DNA of 64,000 nt from Callorhinchus milii (GCF_018977255.1 NW_024704743.1:88848001-88912000), one strand, 5' to 3'; numbered from the stretch's first letter, positions 35,001 to 46,789 are shown. Program-made: numbers and translations. The notes: a model not told the origin generated them from the sequence alone.

Positions 35001-38000
35001 GGGGGTGTTGGGATCAGGGAGGACGGAGGGCAGGGAGGGTAGGAAAGCATGCTCGAACAGGAGGGTCTTGAGACGTGTCTTTTGCAGTCCTTAAATGGGA
35101 GGATGATCTATTCCTTAGCATTGACATCCCTTTCCATGCGCTTGTCATTTCTTTGAAATAGTTTGTGTTCTCACTCTCTGTAAGATGGCCCTGAAGCACC
35201 AACTATTTTGGTGCACTGAAATCCCTCGTAATACAGTTCTCTGCAGCCTCACTTACTTGCTTAAGTAATTCATTTAGTTACTTTATCTTCAAGTGGTGGA
35301 TGATAGTGGTTGATACTTATTGCTCTCCCTGTCATTGCTAATATCCACCCTTCTGCGATCTCCACTCTATCGTTGTATCCACCCATTTAAGCTGTTATAT
35401 ACTCAGCCCCTTTTATGATGTGGTGATTTGGTTCCATAATTTGAGATCTTGTGTGATAACGGGTTCAATTATTAGTATGGTTACTGGTCAGCACTTCTGT
35501 GTTGTTAGATCACCGATAACAATGCTACACTGCATGCTCATGTGGAAATTTTTAGTGGTCACTGGGACACCATTGCCACTGGGAGATATTCTGTCCCCCA
35601 TGTACAATTAGCCAGCCAGTCAGTGGTGGAAGTTGGAAATGCACTTCATTGTGTTCCACAGTGCACTCTCATTACACCATCCTCCTCCACCACCTTTCCT
35701 CCATCATCCACCTCAGTGGGACCGCACTCGCCTGGTTCGAATCCTACCTCACAAACCACCAGCAGTACATCTGCACAAACGGCTTCTCCTCCCGCTCTCA
35801 CCCTGTCACCTGTGGGGTACCCCAAGGATCCATCCTTGGCCCCCTCCTCTTTCTGATCTATATGCTCCCTCTTGGGGATGTCATCCGCAGACATGGGGTA
35901 CACTTCCACATGTATGCAGACGACACCCAACTCTATTTTTTCACTTCTCTTTGCGACCCCCAGTCCCCTGATGTTTTGTCAGCCTGCCTGTCAGATCTCA
36001 GGGGCTGGTTGAGCGCAAATTTCCTTCAGCTGAACGTTGACAAGATGGAAGCCATATTCTTTGGCTCTCATCAACGTCTAAAATCTCATGGCTCTCCCTG
36101 CCTCCACCTACCCGACCTCCCCCTAAAACTCTCCGAACCCATGCGCAACCTAGGCGTCAGGTTCGACCCCCAATTATCCTTCCTCTCCCACATCCAGTCC
36201 CTCACCAGCACTGCCTTCTTCCACCTCTGACGCATCACCCGTCTCCGCCAATACCTCTCCCCAAAAGCCGTTGAAACCCTGGTCCATGCCTTTGTCACCT
36301 CTCGGCTGGACTACTCCAACACCCTCCTCGCCGGTCTCCCATCCATAAAATCCAAATCATTCAAAACTCTGCCGCCCGCATTCTCACCCGCACCAAACTC
36401 TGCTCCCCGTTCACCCCAGTCCTTGTCAGACTGCACTGGCTGCCTATCCCAGAGAGGATCAATTTCAAGATCCTCATCCTTGTATTCAAATCACTCCACT
36501 CCTCTGCACCCCCCTACCTCTCTGACCTCTCTCCTCAAAATAGTACCCGTTGCCTTCGTTCCTCCGGGTCTGGCCTCCTCCTCATCCCCCGAGTCCTCCG
36601 CTCCACCCTCGGTGACTGTACCTTCAGCCATTATGCCCCGAGGCTCTGGAACTCCCTTTCTCACTCTCTTCGTCTCGCTCCCTCCCTTCCCATTTTCAGG
36701 TCTCTGCTGAAGACCTTTTTTTTCGACCGCGCCTTTGGTCACCTTCCTCTCCATCCCCCTGGCTCGGCACCAGGATCCGTTACTGTAAAGTGCTCTGAGA
36801 TGCCATCCGGCATGGTGGGCACTATATAAATCCAAGTTGTTGTTGTTGTTGTACAGACCCACAATATACTGACGTGCAGTATATGGGGCTCTGACTGTAT
36901 CACACCTTTGGAATGTGAATGCTATTTACTTTGTAACAATAATCAACAACCTTAGGTCTGCCAAGATACATAAATGATGGAATAGGCTGGATGGGGTAAA
37001 TGGCTATCTCCTCCTGTTCCTATCGTTCTATGTTTCTAATGGGTACCTTTTGGCAAAAATATTCGTCTTGAGATAAGATGAAGTACTAACATTTTGTTCA
37101 AGAAAGCCAAATATTTCCTAGTTTAAGATTTATTCAAATATTTCAGAATTCACCTGGGCGACAGTCTTCAAATCACAAATCAGTCATATCCTCAAATCAC
37201 TCTTTGATACAGATGTAATATGTTATGGCTCTAAATAATGGAAAAACAAGACCTAGGTGTGAATTGGATGCAGATTTGAATGAACATACTCAGGGTTGAG
37301 TGTGTTGAGACAATATTATCAGATAAAATAAAAAATGGTGGTTAAAATACTATACATTCTGCACTTTTCCGTTAATCCCCACTGGTGCATTATTCAATTA
37401 CTGTTGTACACTTTACAACATGTCTGATGGATGAAAGAAACACTTTCCTGATAGAAGTGCAGGTGGGATTATCTGTCAGTTCAAAGGTGATAATAAAGCT
37501 GTCAAATTAAATGGGTTCAGTCGTTTTTGTCTTAAAAGAGTGAGGAGAATTAAACAGTTTGATATTAACTAGCTTTTTTAAACCTTCTCATATCAGTACA
37601 CCTTATGGAAGAGCCAAATTGATATATGAACACAGTGATTCAATTGTACCACAGAAACGTGCAGTTCCAGAGTGCATTTCGGATAAAATAAATATCTTAG
37701 CACTTTACGGAATGACGATTTAGGAAGAAGGGTGTTATGCAGGTTAATGTGGCAGCAGATTTGCACTAAACAGCATCCTTGTGTGGGAATATAAACCAGG
37801 ATGGCGGTGGGAATAAAGTACCCAGGCAGGGGCAGGGAGAGAGTATCTTAACACCCATCTGAGTCACAAAGCAGGTGAGATTCAATTCCAATGATCAAAA
37901 AAAAATGTTGTGAGAAAAAAATAAAATCTTTGTGTACAATATAGATTATTATGTAGAGAGCTGCCTTCTTTATATGTCCATTTAAATAAAAGCATCAGCT

Positions 38001-41000
38001 TTGATGCACTTGGAGGACAAAGGATTTCTGTAAGAGTATTCTTTTTTTGACCGAGCCGCAAATGGAACATTGATATAATAATAATCCTTGCATTTAGTAT
38101 AGTACCTTGCACATTTGGAGTACATCACAAAGCGCTTCACAGGGCTAACTTTAAAGTGTAATAACTGTGTATTTTGCAGGTTGGTGCAGCATCCAATTTG
38201 TTCACAGCATTGTCCACACATAGCCATCAATCCAAATTCATTAATTTTGTCACCCCAGTAACTCCCTTTAATTACTGTTGAGGTGAAGAATAACACTGAC
38301 AAAAGAATACTAATAAGTATAGTGCAGCCCCATTATAACAGGCCTTATTATAACCATAATACTCTTATAAGAAGGGTGTCCTGTAGACCTGCGGTCAGCT
38401 TCCTGCACATAACCTGCTCTGAGTAGTCGGTCTGGTTGTGGGCCAGAAGTGGGCCATTTTATTTTGCTTCGCTTAGAGCACAATTGCTGAGAGATTGGAG
38501 CGAGCTGACCATGTTATAGCAAGGTTGCCCTGTGCTACCATCTTCCAAATTATAGCTTCAAATTACCAAGAAATGTACAGTATACCTTTCTTAGGTTCAT
38601 TCACATATGCAGTATCTGCTAGGAAAATGGCTGAAACGTTTCCTTTTTGTGTGCTTCATAGCTTGCCAGACTAAACTCAATGGAACAATGGACATGTCTA
38701 CAAACACCATGGTTGAGTTTGCATTATTTTGACAACCTGTGTAGGCTACTATTTTAAGGCACTTCAGAAGTCATAGTCAAATCATTATAGAAATCCCCTG
38801 AACAAAATAGTTTGTGACTGCTATTTTAATAATAATAATAATAATCCTTGCATTTGATATAGCGCTTTTCACTTTAATGGCGTCAAAGTAAATTGAAACA
38901 GAATATGTTTTTAGCATTAAACCTGTGGACAAAACATCTCACAGATTCATGAACAATAGAAACACTAGTAAATTTCAATTTTAAAATATTTTTGCCATTT
39001 AAAGAAAAATAAAATCTTATGGGAATAATCAAAAGAAATATATTTGGTAATATTTTTGCTGTTTGTCTGGAGCTTGGTTTCTGTGATTCATAAATGAAAT
39101 TCAAATGAGTTTAAAGGTCTAAAAGGAAATGATCTGTACAGAGCAAATTGATATTATAGGAAACCCTTGAGGTCTAGATTTACTCTATTAACATGAAATT
39201 TCAGAGTGGCCAGAAGTTGTTAAATTCTTAAATATAGTCTAAGTTTGAAACCATTTTTCTGTAAGTTTAAGAAACACAGAAAATGGACTTCGGAGTTAAA
39301 ACTGAATATAATAATTTGCCAAATTCTGCACATGCCGAACCACTCCATTAATAGAGTAAATCTAGACTCAAGTGGATTTCTACCCCAGTGAAGAACAGTC
39401 TTTAATGTTTTGTCATGTTTCTCTAATAGAGTTTTCTTCGAGATTTACTAAAGAAAGCAAATCGGCCATTTGATGAAGTGAAGCTGGAAGAATATACTCA
39501 GACAACAGTATGTAAATGTATCTTTATGTTGATATACTGCTGAAACACTTGTTCAAAGCAGAGTAAAGCACTTTAGAACATACATAGAATCATAGAATTA
39601 TACAGTGCAGAAGGAGGCCATTTGGCCAATCGTGTTCGTGCCAGCTCTTGAAAGAGCTATCCAAATTAATCCCACTCCCCCACTCTCTCCCCATACCCTT
39701 ACAAATTTGTCCTTCCCAAATATCCATCCACTTCTCTCTTGAAATTTGTGATCAAATATGCTTCCACAACCCCTTTCAGGCAGTGAATTCCAGATCCGAA
39801 CAACTCGCTGGTTCTTTTGACAAAATGTAACCACAGTTTTCAATGAGTGGTAGTGTTTGCTTTTGGCATTGAGCTAGTCTATGTTAATTGTAGAATTATG
39901 ANTTTTTTATGCTGCAGAACAAAGTGTTAATTTGATACATGGATATAAATTATTTAAGATTATGTCATTCAAAATATAGAAACATTGTATGTCAGAATTT
40001 TAAGAGATCAGATGTAGTTATTTGTAAACAAAAATATTTTCTCATTTAAAAATTTTAAGTAAAATTTGTATACTACTTCCACACACATATATATATGTAG
40101 ATGGTCTTGCACTAAAGCAAAATGTATGCTGTTTGCATAAGGCATGAAACCTTATTTTCCCTTATGCAAAACTTCAAATCTGCCTCATTATTTATTATTC
40201 ATTACAATGTCCTACATATCGTTAGAGCTACACTAACCAGTCTCAAAATAGGAATTTGCTTTCAATATTTTTAAAGAGCACATGGTTTTTAATTTTGCTT
40301 ACCATTGATAATTAAACCTCTGTCGTTGTCTTTTTTGACCATGTCCTGAGCCAAATGAGTTTACAATTCTCTAGGGCGGTACTGATGACAGATCAGCCAG
40401 CCTGTATTGGTGGCATACATATGTGAAAATCTTGGTCTAGTTTGGATACTCTTAGGCATGGTGATGATTTCTGTATATGTCAGACACCTGCCAATGGATT
40501 GCCCAAGAAACTTTAAAATCTAAAAGTTTACTTTGTAATGGAAGGAAACCACAGCTGGTGTGGAGTTAAAGCAGTGGAAACCATTGTTCTATAGTTATCA
40601 CCCACTTTGCACAGTGAACATGTGCCTTTAGGGTTAACTTGAAGTCTAATTAAATTCCTATATATGTTATATGTGCCTTACAAAAGCAGAAACATCTGCT
40701 CTCTTAATTGTTATCACTTTTTCTGACGCAAGCTCTAATGCTTTTAATACTTGATCCTTGATTTTGAATGAGTGTTCTGTACTGTGACTGTGTGAGTGTG
40801 TTTATGGAAGAGATTTGTTTACATATTTCATGGAGGCATCTATAATGCACTCTATGGTGGCTGCAAATTATTTCATGCAGCGATTGAAAACTTGCAAAGA
40901 GATGACTCTGAGCAGTATGATTCCTAAATGGTTGCAACTTGAACTTATCTATATGGAAAATGGAATGATATATTAGCTTGATCACTTTATAGCAGGAAAA

Positions 41001-44000
41001 TCAAAACTGATGTTAAGTGATCGTCTGCAAAGGCAAGGTTACGTACTTATTGTGTACACAGTAGAACCATTGAAACAAATCCCAATTCTTGGGACTAGAT
41101 TTGAATTGGTTTGGGATAATTGAGAAATATTCAAGGATGTACTTTGGCCTCTATTACCACCAGGTTGACCTGATCAGGTTTTGTGTTTGTTTTTATGAGC
41201 ACAATTCAGTACTATACTTTTGTTTTGCTCGCTATACAATAGAAAGCGCAATAGCGACACCTAGTGAAGATCAAGGGTATTCAATCAGTTCAAAAGCAAA
41301 AATTCTCAAAAATATTCCCTCACAAGTTGGACACACACTAGCATAAGTCAAAGAGATATGCATGATTAACTTCTCAGCTAAAGATGCTGGGAAAAGGAAG
41401 CTTATATACAGCAAAAGAAAATATGTTCTTTAAAAAGGGTACCTTTAAGGTACCTCATTATAGATTAATGAATAAAGTCAGAGAAGTCAGGGGAATAGTA
41501 GCAGAATGGATAGCAAACTGGCTACAAGAGAGAAAACAAAGCGTAGGGGTAAAGGGTAGCTACTCAGACTGGCAGGGGGTGGGCAGTGGTGTTTCACAAG
41601 GATCTGTATTGGAACCACTGTTGTTCACAATTTACATTAAAGATTTGGACTCGGGGATCAAAAGTACAATGTCAAAATTTGCAGGCAACACCAGATTGGT
41701 GGGGTGTAGTTAATACTGAGGAGGACTACATCAAATTACAAGACATTAATACACTTTCTGAATGGGCATATAATTGGCAAATTAATTTCAATGTAGATAA
41801 GTGTGAGGTGGTACATTTTGGTAGGAGGACTAAGGAGGTCACATACTGCCTGGAAAATAAGAATCTAAATGGGGTAGAGGAGCAAAGGGATCTAGGGGTA
41901 CAGATACACAAATTGCTAAAAGGAGCAACGCAGATTAATAAGGCCATAAAAAAGGTAAACCAAGCGTTGGGGTTCATTTCTATAATAATAGAAATGAAAA
42001 GCAGGGAAGTTAGACCAAATTTATATGAACCTTGGTTAGACCACACTTGGGAGTAGTGTGTACAGTTCTGGTTCCCATATTATACAAAGGATATAGGCAC
42101 TGGAGAAGGTACAAGAGATTTACAAGGACGATACCAGAACCGTGAGGCTATATTTATCAGGAAAGGCTGAACAATGGACTCTTCTCTTGAAAAAAGATGA
42201 GTGAGGCGTGACCCAATAGAGGTCTTTAAAATGATGAAAGATTTTGATACGGTAGACATAGAGCAGATGTTTCCGCTTGTGGGGGAGACCAAAACCAGGG
42301 TCCATAAATATAGTCACCTATAAATCAAATAGAGAAGTCAGAAGAAACCTCTTTACTTAGAGTGGTGGGAATGTGGAACATAAGGAGTAGTTGAGGCAAA
42401 TAGCATAGATGCATTTAAGGGGAAGCTAGATAAGTACATGAGGGAGAGAGGAATAAAAGGTTATATTGATAGGCTTAGTTGAGGAAGGGCTCATGTGGAG
42501 CATAAATGCCGGCATAGACCAGTTGGGCCTGTTTCTGTGCTGTATATTCTATGTAATTCTATGCATTCACTCCAGTTATAGGGCAAGACAGCTCTTGGGC
42601 AAAGATTCCTATAAGTAGCCCCAAGACTGCACTTTAACTAAAAACTAGAAGCACTGAGCATGTAAAATTAATGGGAACCTTTTATCTAACATGCTTCCAG
42701 AGCAATGCATCATTAATGAAATAGCAAGGGAATAGTGTTTTGATAGCTTCACAACAAGATTACATTTGTATAGTGCCTTTCACGTCGGGAGGATGTCCCA
42801 AGGCGATGGGCACACTACAGCACAGGCATTTTAAACACTCTATGAGCATCAGGGAAAAAGTGGCATCATCAGTGTTAAGTTATACATTGGGTGATAGTCC
42901 ATATGTTGGCACTTTTTACATATTTTGACATACATTTAAAAGGGGAAATTCTATTAACTGTACAGTCAATGTATATTGAAGTATTTACAGCCTTTCATCT
43001 ACATATTTGTAACTACACTAGGGTGTTTTCAAACATCTTGTGGCAGAAGTCTGGTCACACAGGGATGGAATACTTGTTGTCTGACACTTGATGTAATGGC
43101 AGTATACAGCTATATGTACAGCTATATGAGAGATGTTAAGTAGAAAAAGTAATAACAGAGGAAGTTATTATAAAAAGCCAAAGTAACTTGAATCTTCACT
43201 ATGTTGTAATATTCTTTTAAACACAGGGTTTATCTAAATTTTCTGAAGAGATTAAATTTTCAAGTTTATTTTATTTTTAAGCTCAAAATGTTCGATTCAA
43301 ATAATGACGGGAAACTGGGACTGGCAGAAATGGCAAGGTATGTACCTTTGCAAATGTTACATTTCTGAAATACTTTTTCAAGATCCATATTGCTTACCTA
43401 TTATGATTGGAGAAATCATCTGTGCAAAATTTATTATTGAACAGGTTACTTCCTGACAAAGAGAATTTTCTCCTCAGATTTCAGGTAGGTGGTTATCTTT
43501 CGCATGAAATAGCATTAAAGCATGGCCATGAATAACAAGACCTTTCAGTATTAACAAGTAATACTATTACTATAGCAAGTACAATACTTAGACACTGCTC
43601 CACAATGCTAATGCTCACGACCATAGACCTCACCTATGGGGAATATAAAACTACTGTCACCACAAGGACCCATATCATATAAAAGTGTTTTGACAGCAAT
43701 TTTAATGAAATGAAAGAATGAGATCAAGTTTGCCAAATAACCTTCCATTATCCTAAGTTCCCTGGTGAGTCTTGTGAATGGAACAGTCAGTGATTTGTTT
43801 TTCCTATTTCAGGGGGTGAATATGTCTTCAAAAGAGTTTGATGATATCTTTGAATTTTTCGACCAGGTAAGCATATTAAAGTGTGGATTAATTGATTTTA
43901 GTTACTTGCTGCGTAGCTTCAGGAGGATGTGGCTGCAGGAGAATCAATTTTAAAACCTTCATTTACTTTCAGTGCCTTAAGGGATGATGGTTACTACAGT

Positions 44001-46789
44001 ATTTTGAAAAGCGAAAGAACCCAGGAGAGCAGTCACTTTCATTCTGGTGAAAATTATGAGCCAATGAAGTAGGTTTTCACAACACAATGATACAAAAGAA
44101 CCACTGATGTACAAAAATATTTAATAGGAAATTGATTGAGGGATGTGAGAGTAGTTTGGGAAAAGTTAGCTCAACCTCTGTTGGTTTTGCACATTACTCT
44201 GGCATTTTCTTTATGAATATCATCTGCTGCATTCTGTTGCACGTCAAACTGTTTTGGCTCAAAGTTTGCTTAGCTACTTTTCAAAAACAACACCTTTCGT
44301 TGATAAGGCTAATTTACCATTAGTAATTATCTGTGGTTATATTTGGGTTGTGTAAGTAACATTTGTCACAGTAACACTTACACAGTCCAGATTTCATAGG
44401 TTGTAGATCCAGGGTCAGCATATGCTCGAACCTGCCTTAATGAGGAATTTTGGAGATGAATCTTACAGCCAGACGGGTTTGTGAATATAAATTCCTTTTT
44501 TTACCTCTTCACAAATAACTGGCCAGATTTATCTAAACCAGTTATTGTGAGGTTCTTCACTTTCACTAAAGGAAACTGAACAGCATTACATTGGGTCTCG
44601 GCTCCAGTTCATTTCAAACATATGAGATGGCATGTTTTTGAGAGCAGATATTACAGTGTGATGTTATGTTCTTAAAGGGAAAAATACACAATTATCATGG
44701 ATTATTCAAATTGCCGTGGAGATTCAAAGATCTAGAATATACTGATACCAATGATTAAGGCAAATTAGCTGATTTGAAATGCTGCTTTCCTACCAATAGA
44801 TGTTGCAAGTTCACTACTTAACTCACATTACTTACACAGCAGAAAACGTGGATTTCCCTTTTCATTAAAGGCAACTCATTTTTATTTTGAGTAGTATTTA
44901 TTAGTTTTGAAGTTTGCCTTTTTTGGAGGGTGAACAGTCTCAACTGCCTTGCATATTTATTCTTACTGTGGTGACATATAATCGATGCAAATGATTTCAC
45001 TTTGACCTTCGCACTATGTATTCTCAAATTCTTAGTTTTTTTCCCAATTTTACTGCTCAACTTATTTTCCAGGATAAACTATTATAACTCCAAAAGACCA
45101 GCACGCAAAGCTCTGACAATATTAATTATGGATCTTGTACACAAGAAATGTAATTTTGAACAGTCTCCATAGCAAGAGCTTCAGAAATTTACATTGAGAT
45201 GGTATTTGTGCTTTTGTTCCCACACGAGCAAAGCCAATTGATCTACCATCAAGATCCTTAAATGCATTTTTCTTGCTCACAAGAGGGTTGTTGCTTGCAA
45301 GCAGTTTTTGAAGACAAAATTAATAAAATTATCATATTCCCTTCAATTCATTCAACCCCTTTCATGGACGATACCCTAGTTTGTATACCTTCTTAATATT
45401 AATTAAGAATTATTGTTGGAAGTGTAAAAATGAAAGTTAAAGTCAGCTGCATTTCCCCACTATTACCTTGAGATCAGTTACATCAGCACAGTTTTGAACC
45501 TTCTTTACAGCCATACTGTGCATCTTACTGTGCATTTATCACAAAGCCACAGGGAAACTGTTAACGCAACTACACAACTCAACTTCACAATATTCCATAA
45601 TGTCAATGAAGTGGAATAACATGTATTCACTTGTCTCCTTTTGTCCTAATACAATAGTAAGATAAGTACATTTTACACAAAGTGTTTAAAAGTCCTTCTA
45701 TTTAATAGCCAACACAATTATCAGGCTGAGAAATGAATCTAATGTGGTGACAACTGTTAAGTAATATTTTCTTGTTTCAATTTCTACTAATACTTATTAA
45801 GAATAAGTGCTTAAATCCCTGTATTTTGTTTGCTTCTCACGAGCAGCCTGGGTTCAATTCCCAGCAGGGTGAAATGTTGGCCAAGTTTCCTTACTTGTTT
45901 ACTTTGCAGTAAGTGGGAACCTGGTTGTTAGTCAATTGGTGGAGCGCTTTTCCGGGAGTAATAATCCCTTCAAAAAATTTGTTAAAAAATAATAATTTGG
46001 TCACTGAATCCACGACTGTTTTGGAACACTGCTGGGTGCAATTGGTTTCTGAATTTCACCCACAAAATACACAGTCAGTTCACTTTACAGTATATTCTGT
46101 GAAGCACTTTGAGACGTAGTGAAGACATAAGGCCCTATATCAAACAAGCGCTCCGGGGAGCTATCCCACGTGAAGGGCGCTATAGAAATGCAAATTGTTG
46201 TTGCGTACATTTTGTCAAGAAATGCAGTCTCTGATTTAAAGACAGTATTATCAATAACTGACTCAGTGTTAAACTGACATTCAAATCTGAAGTGTATCAA
46301 AATACCCAGCAGCTTGACAGTGCGATGCTTGATAGCGCAGTGAAAATAATTTTCAGAAAATTAAAATTTAGACATTTCTTCAGCCAGTCTCATCTGGTTC
46401 CTGGTTGCAATGCAGAACATTCATAAACTATATCTGATTATTTTGGACGTACTGGGATATATTCCACAGTGGGCATATAAATGACTAAAATGTGCATTTA
46501 TTTATTCTTTTAGGATGGCAATGGATATATAGATGAAAATGAATTAGATGCCCTACTAAAACATCTCTGTGAAAAGAACAAAGAGGTATTTCCAAAATAT
46601 TACAAATGCAACATAATTATTTTGTTTTTACAGCAGTTGTATGGAGTTTTATAATTTTTTTTGTTGAAAATGCAGGACTTAGACATTCAGAATGTTTCCA
46701 TGTACAAGAAAAGCATCATGGCTTTGTCTGATGGAGGGAAGCTCTTTCGGAAAGATCTGGCACTAATCCTCTGCGCTGAAGAGCTTTAA
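16963..46789 (+). CDS. CALB1: Calbindin 1 (calbindin-D28k), complete 11-exon gene, 263 aa; join(16963-17050,17834-17910,20398-20472,27481-27561,28525-28581,39430-39507,43282-43337,43445-43484,43813-43866,46514-46585,46676-46789)
   Basis: All introns are GT-AG and the exons sum to 792 nt in one open frame: [263 protein letters not shown]. The hexa-EF-hand layout, CALB1-type C-terminus and adjacency to DECR1 favour CALB1 over CALB2. Confidence 0.95.
17081..17485. repeat. Polypyrimidine (CCTCT/CCTCA/CCCCT) minisatellite, CALB1 intron 1
   Basis: Repeated cctcctcaccgcccctctcc units. Confidence 0.95.
17834..17910 (+). CDS. CALB1: CALB1 exon 2
   Basis: tttcag| acceptor, 77 nt, [26 protein letters not shown], |gtgagt donor. 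Confidence 0.95.
17958..18165. repeat. Imperfect (TG)n microsatellite, CALB1 intron 2
   Basis: Long tgtg/tatg tract. Confidence 0.95.
18823..19108. repeat. (TG)n/(TGGG)n microsatellite, CALB1 intron 2
   Basis: Long tgtg tract with ggg runs. Confidence 0.95.
20398..20472 (+). CDS. CALB1: CALB1 exon 3
   Basis: ttgtag|, 75 nt, [25 protein letters not shown], |gtaagc. Confidence 0.95.
21279..21610 (-). mobile_element. tRNA-derived SINE, full length, near-identical to 15232-15551
   Basis: Same head, body and (ATT)n tail. Confidence 0.9.
21682..22157 (-). mobile_element. L2 LINE 3' fragment (subfamily B)
   Basis: [15 protein letters not shown]...[17 protein letters not shown]; (TTG)n tail; matches 61365-61843. 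Confidence 0.92.
22254..23175 (-). mobile_element. L2 LINE 3' fragment (subfamily A)
   Basis: [17 protein letters not shown]...VRNLGVRFD; (TTG)n tail; matches 35930-36851. Confidence 0.93.
23591..23951 (+). mobile_element. tRNA-derived SINE
   Basis: ggagtcctgtagc head to aatgcaagggttattatta tail. Confidence 0.85.
25175..26226 (+). mobile_element. SINE (25175-25404 plus 26158-26226) interrupted by an L2 fragment (about 25405-26157)
   Basis: The SINE breaks at ...aattcactt and resumes at tatagtatattctgtgaag after an L2 ([15 protein letters not shown]) with a gttgttg tail. Confidence 0.85.
26717..26863. repeat. Direct duplication of about 65 bp (period 82)
   Basis: ctccaa..ctctcc.cttgctcct.caaacttccctcaaatggtgcgtatttagctactgctgcta occurs twice. 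Confidence 0.9.
27481..27561 (+). CDS. CALB1: CALB1 exon 4
   Basis: ttctag|, 81 nt, [27 protein letters not shown], |gtatct. Confidence 0.95.
28525..28581 (+). CDS. CALB1: CALB1 exon 5
   Basis: tttcag|, 57 nt, [19 protein letters not shown] (canonical EF-hand 3 loop), |gtaata. Confidence 0.95.
30784..33598. repeat. 92-bp inverted repeat pair (30784-30875 and 33507-33598)
   Basis: Manual alignment gives 6 mismatches in 92 nt. Confidence 0.9.
30876..32200. mobile_element. Nest of CR1 fragments (minus-strand copy interrupted by a plus-strand 3' end at about 31410-31712)
   Basis: Plus fragment gcgaatagtgaacctgtggaacaggctccc...ttcttatgttcttat; flanks carry CR1 RT motifs in reverse (tgcatataatactc, ccctagatctctttgctc). 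Confidence 0.7.
34060..34810. mobile_element. Degenerate DeuSINE (minus, about 34060-34450) followed by a degenerate CR1 3' fragment (plus)
   Basis: gtgccatgggatctttaatgtc...ggcacctccgaca; then tggagtaatgtgtacagttttggtca and agagcaacaaggatgatgcc. Confidence 0.6.
35672..36851 (+). mobile_element. L2 LINE 3' portion (subfamily A)
   Basis: [23 protein letters not shown] motifs; in-frame stop after AFFHL; (TTG)n tail. Confidence 0.95.
39172..39367. mobile_element. MITE-like element with perfect 20-bp terminal inverted repeats
   Basis: gtctagatttactctattaa (39172-39191) versus ttaatagagtaaatctagac (39348-39367). Confidence 0.7.
39430..39507 (+). CDS. CALB1: CALB1 exon 6
   Basis: taatag|, 78 nt, [26 protein letters not shown], |gtatgt. 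Confidence 0.95.
39590..39810 (-). mobile_element. CR1 3' end fragment
   Basis: [11 protein letters not shown] and gaaggaggccatttggcc terminal motif with atagaatcatagaat tail. Confidence 0.8.
41445..42565 (+). mobile_element. CR1 LINE 3' portion, degenerate
   Basis: [29 protein letters not shown] and EQRDLGV motifs; attctatgtaattctatg tail. Confidence 0.9.
43282..43337 (+). CDS. CALB1: CALB1 exon 7
   Basis: tttaag|, 56 nt, [18 protein letters not shown](R), |gtatgt. Confidence 0.95.
43445..43484 (+). CDS. CALB1: CALB1 exon 8
   Basis: gaacag|, 40 nt, [13 protein letters not shown], |gtaggt. Confidence 0.95.
43813..43866 (+). CDS. CALB1: CALB1 exon 9
   Basis: tttcag|, 54 nt, [18 protein letters not shown], |gtaagc. 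Confidence 0.95.
45840..46205 (+). mobile_element. SINE followed by a short L2 tail
   Basis: gggttcaattccc B box and SINE body, then gggcgctatagaaatgcaaattgttgttg. Confidence 0.75.
46514..46585 (+). CDS. CALB1: CALB1 exon 10
   Basis: ttttag|, 72 nt, [24 protein letters not shown], |gtattt. Confidence 0.95.
46676..46789 (+). CDS. CALB1: CALB1 exon 11 (coding part)
   Basis: atgcag|, [37 protein letters not shown] then TAA. Confidence 0.95.
   Translation, partial: DLDIQNVSMYKKSIMALSDGGKLFRKDLALILCAEEL

Noticed and set aside
46621..46675. Alternative NAGNAG acceptor (ttttacagcag) in CALB1 intron 10 giving a protein without EF6
   Set aside because: It would need an intron of about 48-51 nt, shorter than typical vertebrate minimal introns, and it hits a stop after 5-6 codons.
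16963..46789. Calling the gene CALB2 (calretinin)
   Set aside because: The 75-nt exon 3, the C-terminus ([10 protein letters not shown]...DLALILCA) and the DECR1 neighbour fit CALB1.
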